A stretch of 64,000 nucleotides of DNA from an uncultured delta proteobacterium (lineage in GTDB: Bacteria; Desulfobacterota; BSN033; UBA1163): positions 311,432 through 375,431 of the forward strand of contig CAVPSJ010000008.1 in the NCBI GenBank assembly GCA_963708295.1. Reading direction: 5' to 3'. Positions 1-10,234 of the stretch are shown piece by piece. The position numbers and the translations under genes were made by a program. Below the pieces are notes generated by a model. The model searched no databases, was not told the DNA's origin, and saw only the letters and a program-made list of their open reading frames with translations. Position 1 is the first letter of the stretch, and each line of letters starts with the position of its first letter.

Positions 1-803
1 AAGTGGGCACGGGGAAGACAACCCTGATCCACTATCTTCTCGATAAAATGAATGGGGATCACACCAAGACAGCCCTGCTGTTTAACCCAAAGCTGACTGT
101 TGACGATTTTATTCAATACATATTGAAAGATCTTGGGGTAAGGGTTCAGGGGAAAACGAAGGGCGAATATCTTCATAGTCTGCATCGATATTTACTCCAC
201 GCATACCAGAGGGATGAAAGAGTGATTTTGATAGTCGATGAAGCCCAGGGTTTGAAACCGGAGCTGCTCGAAGAGATTAGGCTTCTCTCAAACCTCGAGA
301 CATCAAGATCGAAGTTGCTCCAAATCGTCTTGCTCGGGCAACCGGAATTAGATAAAACCCTTTCCCAACCGGGGTTTCGTCAGTTAAGGCAGCGCATTAA
401 TTTACGATACCATTTGCCACCTCTTTCCGAAAAAGAGACCAAGGAGTATATCGGGAAGAGGTTGAGAATTGCAGGCGCCAAGGAGCCCATTTTTACGGAG
501 AAGGCGATTAAGCAAATTTACTCAAAATCGGGAGGGATCCCCCGATTAATAAACATTCTGTGTGACAATGCATTATTAAATGGATATGCCCTAGACCAAA
601 AAATGGTTGGTGAAAGGTCAGTCAAGGAGGTGGCTAAAGATTTGTATCTGAAGAAGAAGTCTCTCCGAATTTGGATTTTGGTCCTGATCTCTATTTCTAT
701 TGCGCTAGGTATTCTATTTTTCATTTATTTTCAGAAAAGTGGTCATCTGTTGCCCCTGATGAGGATATTCTCAGAGGCTTTCAATACATTAAAGAAAGGT
801 TAA
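1..803 (+). CDS. ExeA-like AAA ATPase (type associated with EPS/PEP-CTERM loci), 5'-partial
   Basis: Window opens inside Walker A (VGTGKTT); Walker B IVDEAQ; LLGQPEL, QLRQRI and SGGIPRLINILCD motifs; C-terminal hydrophobic helix. Confidence 0.85.
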   Translation, partial: VGTGKTTLIHYLLDKMNGDHTKTALLFNPKLTVDDFIQYILKDLGVRVQGKTKGEYLHSLHRYLLHAYQRDERVILIVDEAQGLKPELLEEIRLLSNLETSRSKLLQIVLLGQPELDKTLSQPGFRQLRQRINLRYHLPPLSEKETKEYIGKRLRIAGAKEPIFTEKAIKQIYSKSGGIPRLINILCDNALLNGYALDQKMVGERSVKEVAKDLYLKKKSLRIWILVLISISIALGILFFIYFQKSGHLLPLMRIFSEAFNTLKKG

Positions 804-972
804 ATAAAGAAGGATCAGCATTTTCTCAATTTCTTTGGGTTAGAACTTTATGTGTTACACATGGTTAAGGATGACAGGCGTGAGGATGCTGAACTGGAAC
901 ACGGCGAAAGAGGCGAACTTTTCTACACCTTGCGTCTAACGCGTTCAGGAATATAAATGAAAGGATGAACAT

Positions 973-1815
973 ATGAGTCGAGTCTATCGTGCCCTTGAAA
1001 AAATAGAGGAAGAAAGAAAACAGAAGCTAGAAGAACCCTCTCTTAAAGTAGTTGAGGAGAAGACTGTTCCGAGGAAGGAAGGACCCGCTTTAGAATTTCG
1101 TGAAGAGAAGATAGAGAAGTTGGGGCTCCCTCCAAAAGAAGTCGCTCCTGTTTTAATTGTTCCGCCCCATTCTTTTGGTTCAGAAGCATTCCGGAAACTG
1201 AAGACTCAGATTTTCCTTCATCCGGGGAATTCTCCTCGTACGATTCTCGTTACGAGCGCAGCACCGCAAGAGGGGAAAACTCTGGTGGCTGTTAATTTAG
1301 CGGTGGCCATTTCAAAAGAAATTCATAGCAACGCCATCCTCGTTGATGGAGACCTCCGAAGGCCGGGGATTCATCTTGAGAAAACTCATAGCACCAGGGG
1401 CCTCTCAAATTATCTTTCGGATGGGGTTCCCTTATCAGAGATTTTGTTAAATTCTGAGATAGAAAAACTTCGAATCATTCTGGCAGGTGCTTCGACCCGT
1501 AAGTCCTCCGAGCTCATCAGATCAAGAAAAATGGGAGAGCTTCTACAAACCCTAAGAGAATATGGAGATAACACCTATATTGTGATCGATTCCCCGCCTA
1601 TTATGGCAACACCCGATCCAACCTTACTCTCTAAAATGGTAGATGGAATCGTCCTGGTGATAAGGGCCGGGTATACGTCCAGGGAATCCGTACAAAGCGC
1701 AATCAAGTCCATCGATCGCGAGAAGATTATCGGAGTGGTTTTTAACCAAATAAATATTAAGCCATCCACTTATTCTTCTGAGTATTATCGATATTATCAA
1801 TACTATAGGAAATAA
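973..1815 (+). CDS. CpsD/CapB-family tyrosine autokinase (BY-kinase)
   Basis: EAFRKL, Walker A TSAAPQEGKT, VDGDLRRP, VIDSPP, Tyr-rich tail YSSEYYRYYQYYRK. Confidence 0.92.
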   Translation: MSRVYRALEKIEEERKQKLEEPSLKVVEEKTVPRKEGPALEFREEKIEKLGLPPKEVAPVLIVPPHSFGSEAFRKLKTQIFLHPGNSPRTILVTSAAPQEGKTLVAVNLAVAISKEIHSNAILVDGDLRRPGIHLEKTHSTRGLSNYLSDGVPLSEILLNSEIEKLRIILAGASTRKSSELIRSRKMGELLQTLREYGDNTYIVIDSPPIMATPDPTLLSKMVDGIVLVIRAGYTSRESVQSAIKSIDREKIIGVVFNQINIKPSTYSSEYYRYYQYYRK

Positions 1816-1981
1816 AGTTTAATAGTATTGGAAAAGCATTATTTAGGAAAGCAGGAGTAAGAGCAATGGATCCATTAACGTAAAATTGGAGGTTTTGTCC
1901 GAAACTCGGGAATAATAAAATCAGCGCTGCAGCACAACATTAACTTGTCAACTCAATAGCATTATAAGGGGTGGTTTTAAT

Positions 1982-2481
1982 ATGAATCTCTGGTATGTCA
2001 TCCAAACAAAACCTAAGAAAGAAGAAGAGGCGAAGTCTTATCTCTCGACAAAGGGAGTAGAGAGTCTTTAACCCCCTGATGGAAACCTTTCTGTTGAAGA
2101 AACGGAAAGATGAACAGAGAATTGAAGCCCTTTTTCCCAGGTTACATTTTCGGAAAGTTCGATCTGGAGCAAAATTATCCTCTGGTCAGGTGGGCAAAAG
2201 GAGTTAAAAAAGTTTTGGGTTTTGGGGAGTATCCCACACCCATCTCTGATGAAGTGGTGGAGATCATTAGAGAGAGAACCGATACTCACGGGATTGTGAG
2301 ATTAAAGCATCATTTTCAAGCCAATGACGTGATCAGGATTAAGACAGGCCCATTAAAGGACCTTTTAGGTATCTTTGAAAGATGGATTTCCGATAGCGAG
2401 CGGGTAAGAATCCTTTTAAACCTGATGGGCTATCAGCCGGTTGTAGAGATTCATTATTCGATGATAGAAAAAGTGGCTTGA
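1982..2481 (+). CDS. NusG-paralog antiterminator (RfaH-like), with two apparent 1-nt insertions near 2065 and 2100
   Basis: ATG at 1982 reads MNLWYVIQTKPKKEEEAKSYL (NGN start) and joins the 2110 ORF (PFFPGYIF, KOW-like GPLKDLLGIF, RVRILLNLMG) after a net +2 shift. Confidence 0.85.
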
Positions 2482-2647
2482 CGAAGTGCTGCCGTGCCTG
2501 GCGGCCAGAGCAGCGCTGCCGTCACTGGCTATCCAGCGGCAGCGGTGCACCACAGCAGAACTTGTTTCTTTAACCCACATTGAGATTGATGTGGCACACA
2601 CTTATTTCAATAAAGCGATTTCAGCAGAATCTACCCAAATTCGAACC

Positions 2648-2659
2648 GGCGGTAGCCTA
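2648..2659 (+). promoter_or_regulatory. ops-like element 1 (GGCGGTAGCCTA)
   Basis: Exact GGCGGTAG core of the RfaH ops site, in the ~600-nt gap after the RfaH-like gene. Confidence 0.5.
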
Positions 2660-2751
2660 TCTTTCTCTCATCCCATACGCATAAAGTTGTACCGTGAATC
2701 GCCAGAATTGATTTCAAACCCTAGGAATGGCGGGGCTCCGACCGCCCATCA

Positions 2752-2763
2752 GGCGGTAGCAGG
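2752..2763 (+). promoter_or_regulatory. ops-like element 2 (GGCGGTAGCAGG) preceded by an imperfect hairpin
   Basis: Second GGCGGTAG core; ATGGCGG...CCGCCCAT stem at ~2727-2749 directly upstream. Confidence 0.5.
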
Positions 2764-3089
2764 TTCGTTTCGTCTGGAACAAGGCCATTCGGTCTGCGAC
2801 TTGGACTTCGATGTTATCTAGGAGGTGGGTCATCCCATGATTATCAAATCTTGTTTGCCCTGAGAGTTTCATGAGATAAAAAAGGATGGAAAAGAAGAGA
2901 CGAGTCACTGCCGGAGGGAAAATTGTTGGGCTCGATATTCCAAGTGTGTCCTTGTAAAGGCTCTCGAAAAGTTCTTGAAAGAAGAATCCTCCCGACAGGA
3001 TCGCCCCTTCTCCGCCTCGCATCTCTGATCGCCTAAACCCATCCATCCTTGATCCCACAGGTCTATTTTATTAAACGAAGGAGTGAACT

Positions 3090-4727
3090 ATGCCCCAGTA
3101 TTCTATCAGTCCAACCGGAGAAAAATTTGAATTACCAGGTCAAGAAGAAAATTCAAAGGAGCTCGAACGTTTGAGGGAGGTTGTAAACAACCAACGTGCC
3201 TTCGGGCGGGAGATTGTTTTGGTGATGGGATTGGGGTTTGTCGGGGTGGTCATGGCGGCAGTGATTGCGGACGCCACAGATGAAACAGGTCATCCTACAA
3301 AATTCGTTATTGGGATGCAGAGACCGAGCACTCGAAGTTTCTGGAAAATTCCGCTCCTCAATCGTGGGATTTCACCCGTAAGCTCAGAAGATCCTGAAGT
3401 TCCATTGTTGATCAACCGCTGTGTCAACGAGAAAAAGACGCTCATCGCTACCTTTACCTATGATGCGCTTAAGCTTGCAGATGTTGTCGTGGTGGATGTC
3501 CAGTGCGACTACTTTAAAGAATCACTTGGAAATGTGAGAGACGGCCGGGCTGACATGGATGCTTTAGAAGAATCTCTGGAGATCATAGGCCAACATATCG
3601 GTCCAGAGACATTGGTTTTAATCGAGACAACGGTGGCCCCGGGGACAACGGAACAGATAGCCTACCCGATCATAAAAAAAATGTTTCGGAAACGGGGTAT
3701 TCAAACGGACCCACTTCTGGCTCACAGTTTTGAAAGGGTCATGCCCGGCAGAAATTATGTGTCGAGTATCCGTGATTTCTGGAGGGTATGTAGCGGCGTT
3801 AATGAAGAAGCTACCTCAAAAGTTGTTAAGTTCTTGAAAGAAGTAATCAATACTGAAAAGTATCCGCTGACTGTACTTGATCGGCCTATTGAATCCGAGA
3901 CAACGAAAATCGTTGAAAACAGTTTCAGAGCTGCCATTCTCGCCTTTCTTGACGAATGGAGCATTTTTGCAGAGCAAAATGGGGTTGACCTCATCAAGGT
4001 CATCAATGCAATTAAGGTCCGGCCCACGCATAGCAATATCATATTTCCGGGGCCAGGTATTGGTGGCTACTGTCTTCCAAAAGATGGCGGTCTGGGTCTG
4101 TGGGCATATCGCCATATCCATGGTTTTGAGGATGATATTTTCAAAATTACACCGCTTGCAATAAATATTAATGATACCCGGTCGCTTCATGTGGCTCAAC
4201 TGACTCGGGATGCTTTACGGAATATGGGGCGACCGATTGCCTCTGCAGAGATTCTGGTTCTTGGAGCTTCGTACAGGGAGGATGTTGGAGATTCCCGATA
4301 TAGTGGCTCTGAATTGATCGTGCGACGGCTAACAGAAATGGGAGCAGAATTAAGGGTCCACGATCCTTACGTGCTTCACTGGTGGGAGTTTGAGAAACAG
4401 GATGAGTATCCGGCGTCTTCACATAGTTTGAAAAGATTTTTCCGCGGTCAGGAAAGACTGAAGGATCTCCGGGTTGAGCAAAGTCTTGAGAAAGCACTAC
4501 ATGGGACAGATGCGGTCATTCTTGCGGTAAGGCATAAACATTACTTGAACCTTGATCCGGACGAAGTCGTGAAAAGTGCCGGCGGGCCGATAGCCGTGAT
4601 TGACTGTTTCGGTATCCTCGACGACGCAAGGATAAAACGCTACTTCGAACTCGGGTGTGAGGTGAAGGGATTAGGGCGAGGCCACGTGAAAAGAATCAAG
4701 GATCAGGTGCGAGAAGCAAAAGCGTAA
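3090..4727 (+). CDS. Nucleotide-sugar dehydrogenase (UDP-glucose/GDP-mannose dehydrogenase family)
   Basis: GLGFVG Rossmann motif, IETTVAPGTTE, ERVMPG, KIVENSFR, catalytic GGYCLPKD; RBS AAGGAG. Confidence 0.93.
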   Translation: MPQYSISPTGEKFELPGQEENSKELERLREVVNNQRAFGREIVLVMGLGFVGVVMAAVIADATDETGHPTKFVIGMQRPSTRSFWKIPLLNRGISPVSSEDPEVPLLINRCVNEKKTLIATFTYDALKLADVVVVDVQCDYFKESLGNVRDGRADMDALEESLEIIGQHIGPETLVLIETTVAPGTTEQIAYPIIKKMFRKRGIQTDPLLAHSFERVMPGRNYVSSIRDFWRVCSGVNEEATSKVVKFLKEVINTEKYPLTVLDRPIESETTKIVENSFRAAILAFLDEWSIFAEQNGVDLIKVINAIKVRPTHSNIIFPGPGIGGYCLPKDGGLGLWAYRHIHGFEDDIFKITPLAININDTRSLHVAQLTRDALRNMGRPIASAEILVLGASYREDVGDSRYSGSELIVRRLTEMGAELRVHDPYVLHWWEFEKQDEYPASSHSLKRFFRGQERLKDLRVEQSLEKALHGTDAVILAVRHKHYLNLDPDEVVKSAGGPIAVIDCFGILDDARIKRYFELGCEVKGLGRGHVKRIKDQVREAKA

Positions 4728-4819
4728 CTTCTTCTCAACATACCCTTGCAATTTGCAGAAGATAAAATGTGAAGTTTTTTACTGTCAGGAGGGCTTTTGG
4801 TTCTTGGTCTGGAGGAGGC

Positions 4820-4945
4820 ATGGCAGTAAGGATAAGCGATATGGATGATACCTTGAAAAATGAGTGTGCACGATCGGATGGTCTCCCGCTCATAAGAAAA
4901 GCATACGATGAAGCCCTTGATGGGATTGTCGCTTCCTGTAATTAA
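4820..4945 (+). CDS. Small ORF, 41 aa, unknown function
   Basis: GGAGGAGG immediately upstream of ATG (spacing very short); MAVRISDMDDTLKNECARSDGLPLIRKAYDEALDGIVASCN*. Confidence 0.3.
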   Translation: MAVRISDMDDTLKNECARSDGLPLIRKAYDEALDGIVASCN

Positions 4946-4986
4946 CAGTGCGATTAACAGCAATCCAAAAAGATAGAGAAATATTG

Positions 4987-7064
4987 ATGAAAAGGCTCTT
5001 ACGGATATTTTTATGTGTCATCCTCCCTTGCAGCCTTTCCTATGCGAAGAATACAGTAAATATACAATCTTATATCCTTCGGAATAGGGTAGTCGTATTG
5101 GATCAGGTCTTAATGAAAAAAGCTCTCTATGTCTCTTTCTCATTCAGTGGGAGTATAAAACAACATGAAGATCTGAGTGTTCATGGACTTCTTCTAAACG
5201 GTGATAAGATCGTCTCTGAAACCTCTCTGAAGGCTTTTAGTGAAAATAACGGTAACCTCGTTTTTGACCTTCCTTATCAGATATCCGATGGTGAGTACAC
5301 GATAAAAATTGACGTTCTTACTAACAAGGGAAGTTTAGCGGGGACAGGATCTGTCGCTGTTAAAAGGTCTGCCTTAAAGAGTTACTTTTATCCGGAAAGT
5401 GAGGTTTCTGCTCGCGCTCTTGAAGAAATCCCCGTTAATGAAGGACTTGAAGAAGTCAGGCCGACGATCCATGATAAATCCGTAGGCTATATGATCTTTT
5501 CTCGATCTCCCCTCGAGTATGTTTTTCCTGGGAGGAAACCTAAAAAGTCCGAGATTATTGAGCATGTTATGATCAGAGTCGTTCGTAATGAATTTGAACC
5601 GTTTACCTTTTCGCTTTATCCTCTTCAAGACCTGGGGACGGTCAAAATATCGGTAACCGATTTAAAGAGTGCTAAAGAGATCATCTCTAAAAACAAAATA
5701 AGGGTTGCTTCCGTTGAAAGGGTACAGGAGACCATTGGATTGCCAGAAGGAAGATTCCTAGATTTGCCAACTCTAATCCGGCCGGGAAATCAGGTAAAAG
5801 TTGAGAGCGGTAAGTGCCAAAGATTTTGGCTGACCATCAGAATCGACGATAACGTTTTGCCCGGAGCTATATAAGGGTAGAATAACGATATTCCCTCAGC
5901 ATGGATTAGAAACATCGCTTCCTCTCGAAGTAACAGTGTTCGCCCATCTCTCTTGAGGACATTCCAGGGATCGATTATTTTATGTTAATGACGTACGAGT
6001 TTACAGAATTGACGATGCCTTGGAGTAGTGAAGAGAAAGAGAAAATCTATAGATCAGCTTGTCACATTCTCGAGGATTACAAAGAGCACGGGATGACCAC
6101 CCTTTGTTTGCATTCACCTTTTGTACTCATCACAAAGGAAGATGGCACGCCTAACCTTGAGGATATCTTTGCTGCTTTAAGAGCGGCAAAAGAAATTGGG
6201 TTTAAGGCACGGATTATATGGTATATGGGGCATCTTATTCAAACATCTAAGCCTAAACATCCGGGGAACATCATAAGTTTTGATAAGGGGGTTCATTTGT
6301 CGCGGCTAAAATATATCGTGGAAACCGTATCTCGGTATGCGAAGGAGCATGGTTGTCCTGAAGTTATTTTTTTGCCGATTGATGAACCGGGTGATTCGTA
6401 TCAGGACTTTCAGGATAAGCGCCGGGCCATCACAGCGGTTTTGCTCAAAGCAATAAAAGACTTAGGTGCCAAAACTATGCTTACGAGCGGTGACCATAAA
6501 CAATTTAGACCTGTTGATTATTTATGCTCTGGCAAAATGAATAAACAAGATTTAGATGAGGCACATAAAAGCGGTTCTGTTTACTGGTTATATAATAACG
6601 ACGTGACTACAAAATGCCTCAGTCCAGCTTATGCCAGATACATTTATGGCTATTACACCTGGATGAATCATGTGGATGGGATATCGTCCTGGACGTTCCA
6701 GAATACCCAGAATGCAAGGGGCCTGCCGGGACAGGCTGATGTTCATGGCAGCGATATCTATCTTGCGTACCCAGATCCGAACGGTCCCATCGCTACTCTT
6801 AGATGGGAAGCGATGAGGGAGGGGATAGATGATCATAAGCTTTTATATCAATTGGTGAAACGGATAAAAAAGCTGGAAGAAAAAGGAATCGATACATCCA
6901 AATATAAGGAATTTCTTTTGGGAATCGAGAACAAAGAGGGGACACCTGGCTGCCAAGAAAGAGACGATGACAAGTGGACTCCAACATTTTTCGAAGAAAG
7001 CAGGGATCATTTAATCTCAATGATTTTAGATGCAATGGCAAAATTAGACCGTTCCCAATCTTGA
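4987..7064 (+). CDS. Secreted GH123/DUF4091-like glycoside hydrolase, split by two apparent insertions (~5870, ~5941)
   Basis: Signal peptide MKRLLRIFLC..SLSYA; RNEFEPF, FWLTIRI..PG(AY)KG, IDEP, C-terminal LRWEAMREGIDD; the sequence between the two ORFs reads through in a shifted frame. Confidence 0.7.
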
Positions 7065-7111
7065 CCTGACAATCGTCATATTTTTGCGTATATGTCTTGA
7101 AGGAGATTTCT

Positions 7112-7384
7112 ATGGAACTTAATGAAATTAAAGAAATTACAAGAAAAATAGTTGTCGAAATCATTGCATCAAATAGCGAAACCGATGAGATACCAGCAAA
7201 ATTTGGTGATGATGATTCCTTAATTGATGGGGGTCTTATAGATTCTATTAGTTCAGTTCAATTGATCGAGGAATGCGTACTGAACTTCGGCGTCCTCATC
7301 CACCCCGCTGAACTTTCATTAGAAAATTTTGATACCATCAATAGAATTTGTGAGTTTATTCAATCAAAATTGGAAGAAAACTAA
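7112..7384 (+). CDS. Acyl/aminoacyl carrier protein (DltC-like)
   Basis: Acidic 90 aa; GLIDS phosphopantetheine site; FGV..ENFDTINRI tail; RBS AGGAG at 7101. Confidence 0.9.
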   Translation: MELNEIKEITRKIVVEIIASNSETDEIPAKFGDDDSLIDGGLIDSISSVQLIEECVLNFGVLIHPAELSLENFDTINRICEFIQSKLEEN

Positions 7385-7386
7385 CC

Positions 7387-9018
7387 ATGGAGCTAATTCG
7401 AGAGATCAGTCAAGTTTTTTCTCAACATAAGGGAAGAGCGGCAATTTCCCGTTACACTCCTCCGAATTCGTCGATGACTTTAACCTACGGTCAACTAGGG
7501 GAAAGAGTTGGAGAATTAGCCCAGTTCTTGCTGGAGCAGGGGATGCAGCCGGGTGACTTGGTTATGAGCTATATGACGAAGTCACTTGAACTGGTAGTAT
7601 CAATATTGGCTATCATGTTAAACGGGGGTGTGTGTAGTTCCTTTTACTCCAAACAAAATCCTCAGTATCCACTGAAGCTGCTTTCAATTGCGTATCCGAG
7701 ATTTCTTCTGTTGGATGAGAGCACATTAAGAAATATGAAGAAATCAATGAAAATAACTGGGTCAGAGAACCGGTATCCTGTATATATGAAATATTCTGAA
7801 TTCGAGGGGACAGCATTCGCGCAAGATCATCCTGGGAAGGCAATTTATATTTTGAGTGATCCAGCAAGCAAGAATGACGGCGGGAATGAAGTGCCAGCGA
7901 TTGATCATCGTTTGAACGAGGCCGCTTGGTGTCTGTTCACATCAGGTTCGACAGGTGTCCCGAAGGGTGTTCTTATATCGAGAGAAGATCTGTTGCGAAG
8001 GGCTATGACAGAGCGTGAGGATTATGAATTAACGGATCAAGACAATCTGTTAAGCTTGCTTCCCTTTTCATTCGATGTGGGCTTAAATCAACTCCTGTCG
8101 TGCATTTTATCCGGAGGCCATCTTGTGATTTTGAATTCATGGTTTCCAAAAGATATTTTAACAACGATTAGATCTCAAAGCATTACTGGAATTTCAGGCG
8201 TTCCATCCATATGGGCTGATGCAATCACCTATCCGAAAGAACCCGATTTTGAGCAAAACATTCGAACTTTAAAGTACATAACTGTTTCGGGAGGAGATCT
8301 TGCGAAAAATCAATTAGTGCGGCTAAGACAATACTTTGAAAATGTGAGGATATTTAAGACTTACGGACAGACCGAGACTTTTAGAAGCAGCATACTCAGG
8401 CCTTCCGATTTTGAAGGGAAGATGACCTCCGTTGGCCGTGCTGTCAAAGGAACGGAGGTGTTTATCCAAAACGACAAGGGCGAAGTCAATCCTCCAAACA
8501 TTGAGGGAGAGATTGTTCATCATGGCGTTGGGACAATGCTCGGGTATATTAATGATTTGGAAGGAACTAACGGAAAGCTGCGAGAGATTGTGAAACCAGT
8601 GAGGGGAACTGTGAAGGAGGGGAAATCGGTATTTACGGGTGACCGGGGGAGAATGGATGAAGAAGGGTATCTCTACGTGTTGGGCCGTGAAGATGGAATG
8701 ATAAAAACCTTAGGACACCGGGTTTATCCAAAGGAAATAGAAGGCTGTATACTGGAGCACAAGCATGTGAAGAATGCTGCCGTTGTCGGAATCATAGACG
8801 AACGGAAGGGACAAGCTATTATCGCAGAGGTTGTTGCCAATGAAGTCTTGGATAAGCCCAGCTTAATTGGGTTCTTAAGGGAACGATTACCATACTACAT
8901 GATTCCCAGCGAAATCAACTTCGTGGAACGCTTACCGATGACAGAAAATGGAAAGATAAAGTACACAACCATTAAGGAAAAATATGAGGAAAGAAGATTT
9001 CTACAAAGTCATTCCTAA
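7387..9018 (+). CDS. Stand-alone adenylate-forming enzyme (exosortase-A-associated acyl-CoA ligase / VinN-like)
   Basis: FTSGSTGVPKG, LPFSFDVGLNQ, TYGQTETFRS, FTGD, GREDGMIK, PYYMIP, NGKI. Confidence 0.85.
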   Translation: MELIREISQVFSQHKGRAAISRYTPPNSSMTLTYGQLGERVGELAQFLLEQGMQPGDLVMSYMTKSLELVVSILAIMLNGGVCSSFYSKQNPQYPLKLLSIAYPRFLLLDESTLRNMKKSMKITGSENRYPVYMKYSEFEGTAFAQDHPGKAIYILSDPASKNDGGNEVPAIDHRLNEAAWCLFTSGSTGVPKGVLISREDLLRRAMTEREDYELTDQDNLLSLLPFSFDVGLNQLLSCILSGGHLVILNSWFPKDILTTIRSQSITGISGVPSIWADAITYPKEPDFEQNIRTLKYITVSGGDLAKNQLVRLRQYFENVRIFKTYGQTETFRSSILRPSDFEGKMTSVGRAVKGTEVFIQNDKGEVNPPNIEGEIVHHGVGTMLGYINDLEGTNGKLREIVKPVRGTVKEGKSVFTGDRGRMDEEGYLYVLGREDGMIKTLGHRVYPKEIEGCILEHKHVKNAAVVGIIDERKGQAIIAEVVANEVLDKPSLIGFLRERLPYYMIPSEINFVERLPMTENGKIKYTTIKEKYEERRFLQSHS

Positions 9019-10196
9019 AGAAGAACTCAAGAATCTAGTCAATAAGATAGAGCTTCCTGCCTTTATATATTCTAAGGAGATTATCAGAAGAAAATATGAA
9101 GAATTATTGGATTGCCTTCCCAAGGGTTTTGAAATCCACTATGCCTTTAAGGCGAATCCGAACCAGGATGTTCTCGGATTCATTCGATCGCTTGGCGCGG
9201 GTGCTGATGTTGCATCCTTAGGGGAACTGCAGTTAGCAGTGGAGAAAGGGTATTCCATAGGGAAAATCGAATTCACTGGTCCTGGTAAAACCCTCGAGGA
9301 ATTATCATCGGCGATTGATCTTGGGATATCTTCCATAAACGCTGAGAGTGTTTCAGAAATCAAGAAAATTGTAGATATATCCAAGAGAAAAGGCAAGAAC
9401 GCCAATGTGGGAATACGAATTAATCCAATAATGAACGTCAAAAGGTTCGGCTATGAAAATGGCAGGGGATACTCAGTTTGGTATTATAGAAAATGAACTC
9501 GGGAATGCCTTTACTATCATTGAAAAAGAATCTAAGTATCTGAGATTCACAGGACTGCATATGCATTTGGGTTCTCAGTTCCTCGAGGCAGAGAAACTGA
9601 TTTCGAATTTCAGATTCATTCTTGAAAAAATATATGAGATCACAAACCAGTACAAAATAGAGCTGAAAAAGATTAATTTCGGTGGAGGATGGGGGATTGA
9701 CATATTTGGCAATAAACCGCCTCTCGATCTGCGGCTTGTCCATAGGAGCTTATCAGAACTATTTACAGATTCAAAATATAGGACGGTTTTTGAAAACACT
9801 CACTTTATCGTGGAGCCCGGCCGTTTCTTGGTAGCGGAATGTGGCATTTATGCCGTGAAAGTACTTTACAGAAAGAAAGGGTACAAAAAGGAATTTCTGG
9901 TTGTTAATGGAGGGATGCACCAAAACTATTTAGCAGCGGGTGGCATTGGTCAGGTGATTCGTAGAAACCTTGAAGCCGATGTCATGACAGATAATAATTA
10001 TTGTGAAGGGGTCGCCAAATACACCGTTGTGGGGTCTCTATGCATTCCGGATGATGTGCTCGGTTCTGAGCTTGAGTTACATTCAGAGATAAAGGAAGGA
10101 GATACTCTTCTTTTTCATAATTGCGGGGCATACGGTTATTCTGCAAGCCCTTTAAAGTTTTTGAGTCATGCTTTTCCAAGGGAAATCGCGATTTGA
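8984..10196 (+). CDS. PLP-dependent fold-III decarboxylase (BtrK/VinO-like, LysA superfamily), one apparent insertion at ~9440
   Basis: HYAFKANP (PLP Lys), HMHLGSQ, NFGGG, EPGRFLV, GGMHQNYLAAGGIGQVIRRN, VGSLC, GAYGYSASPLKFLSH; the frames join if one A is removed from AAAA at 9440-9443. Confidence 0.87.
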
Positions 10197-10234
10197 TGGC
10201 TGTATGAAGCTCGAGTTGGTTAGGAGGGGTTCGT

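Noticed and set aside
2590-2606. Sigma54-like TGGCAC (also TGGCAT at ~40485)
   Set aside because: The -12 TTGC element is missing at the required spacing in both
2486-3058. ORFs 2486-2821 (+) and 2714-3058 (-)
   Set aside because: No recognisable motifs or RBS; better explained as leader DNA
8984-10196. Housekeeping lysA, or a programmed frameshift
   Set aside because: Motifs and ACP context fit the BtrK-like subgroup; the shift resembles the many other single-base errors
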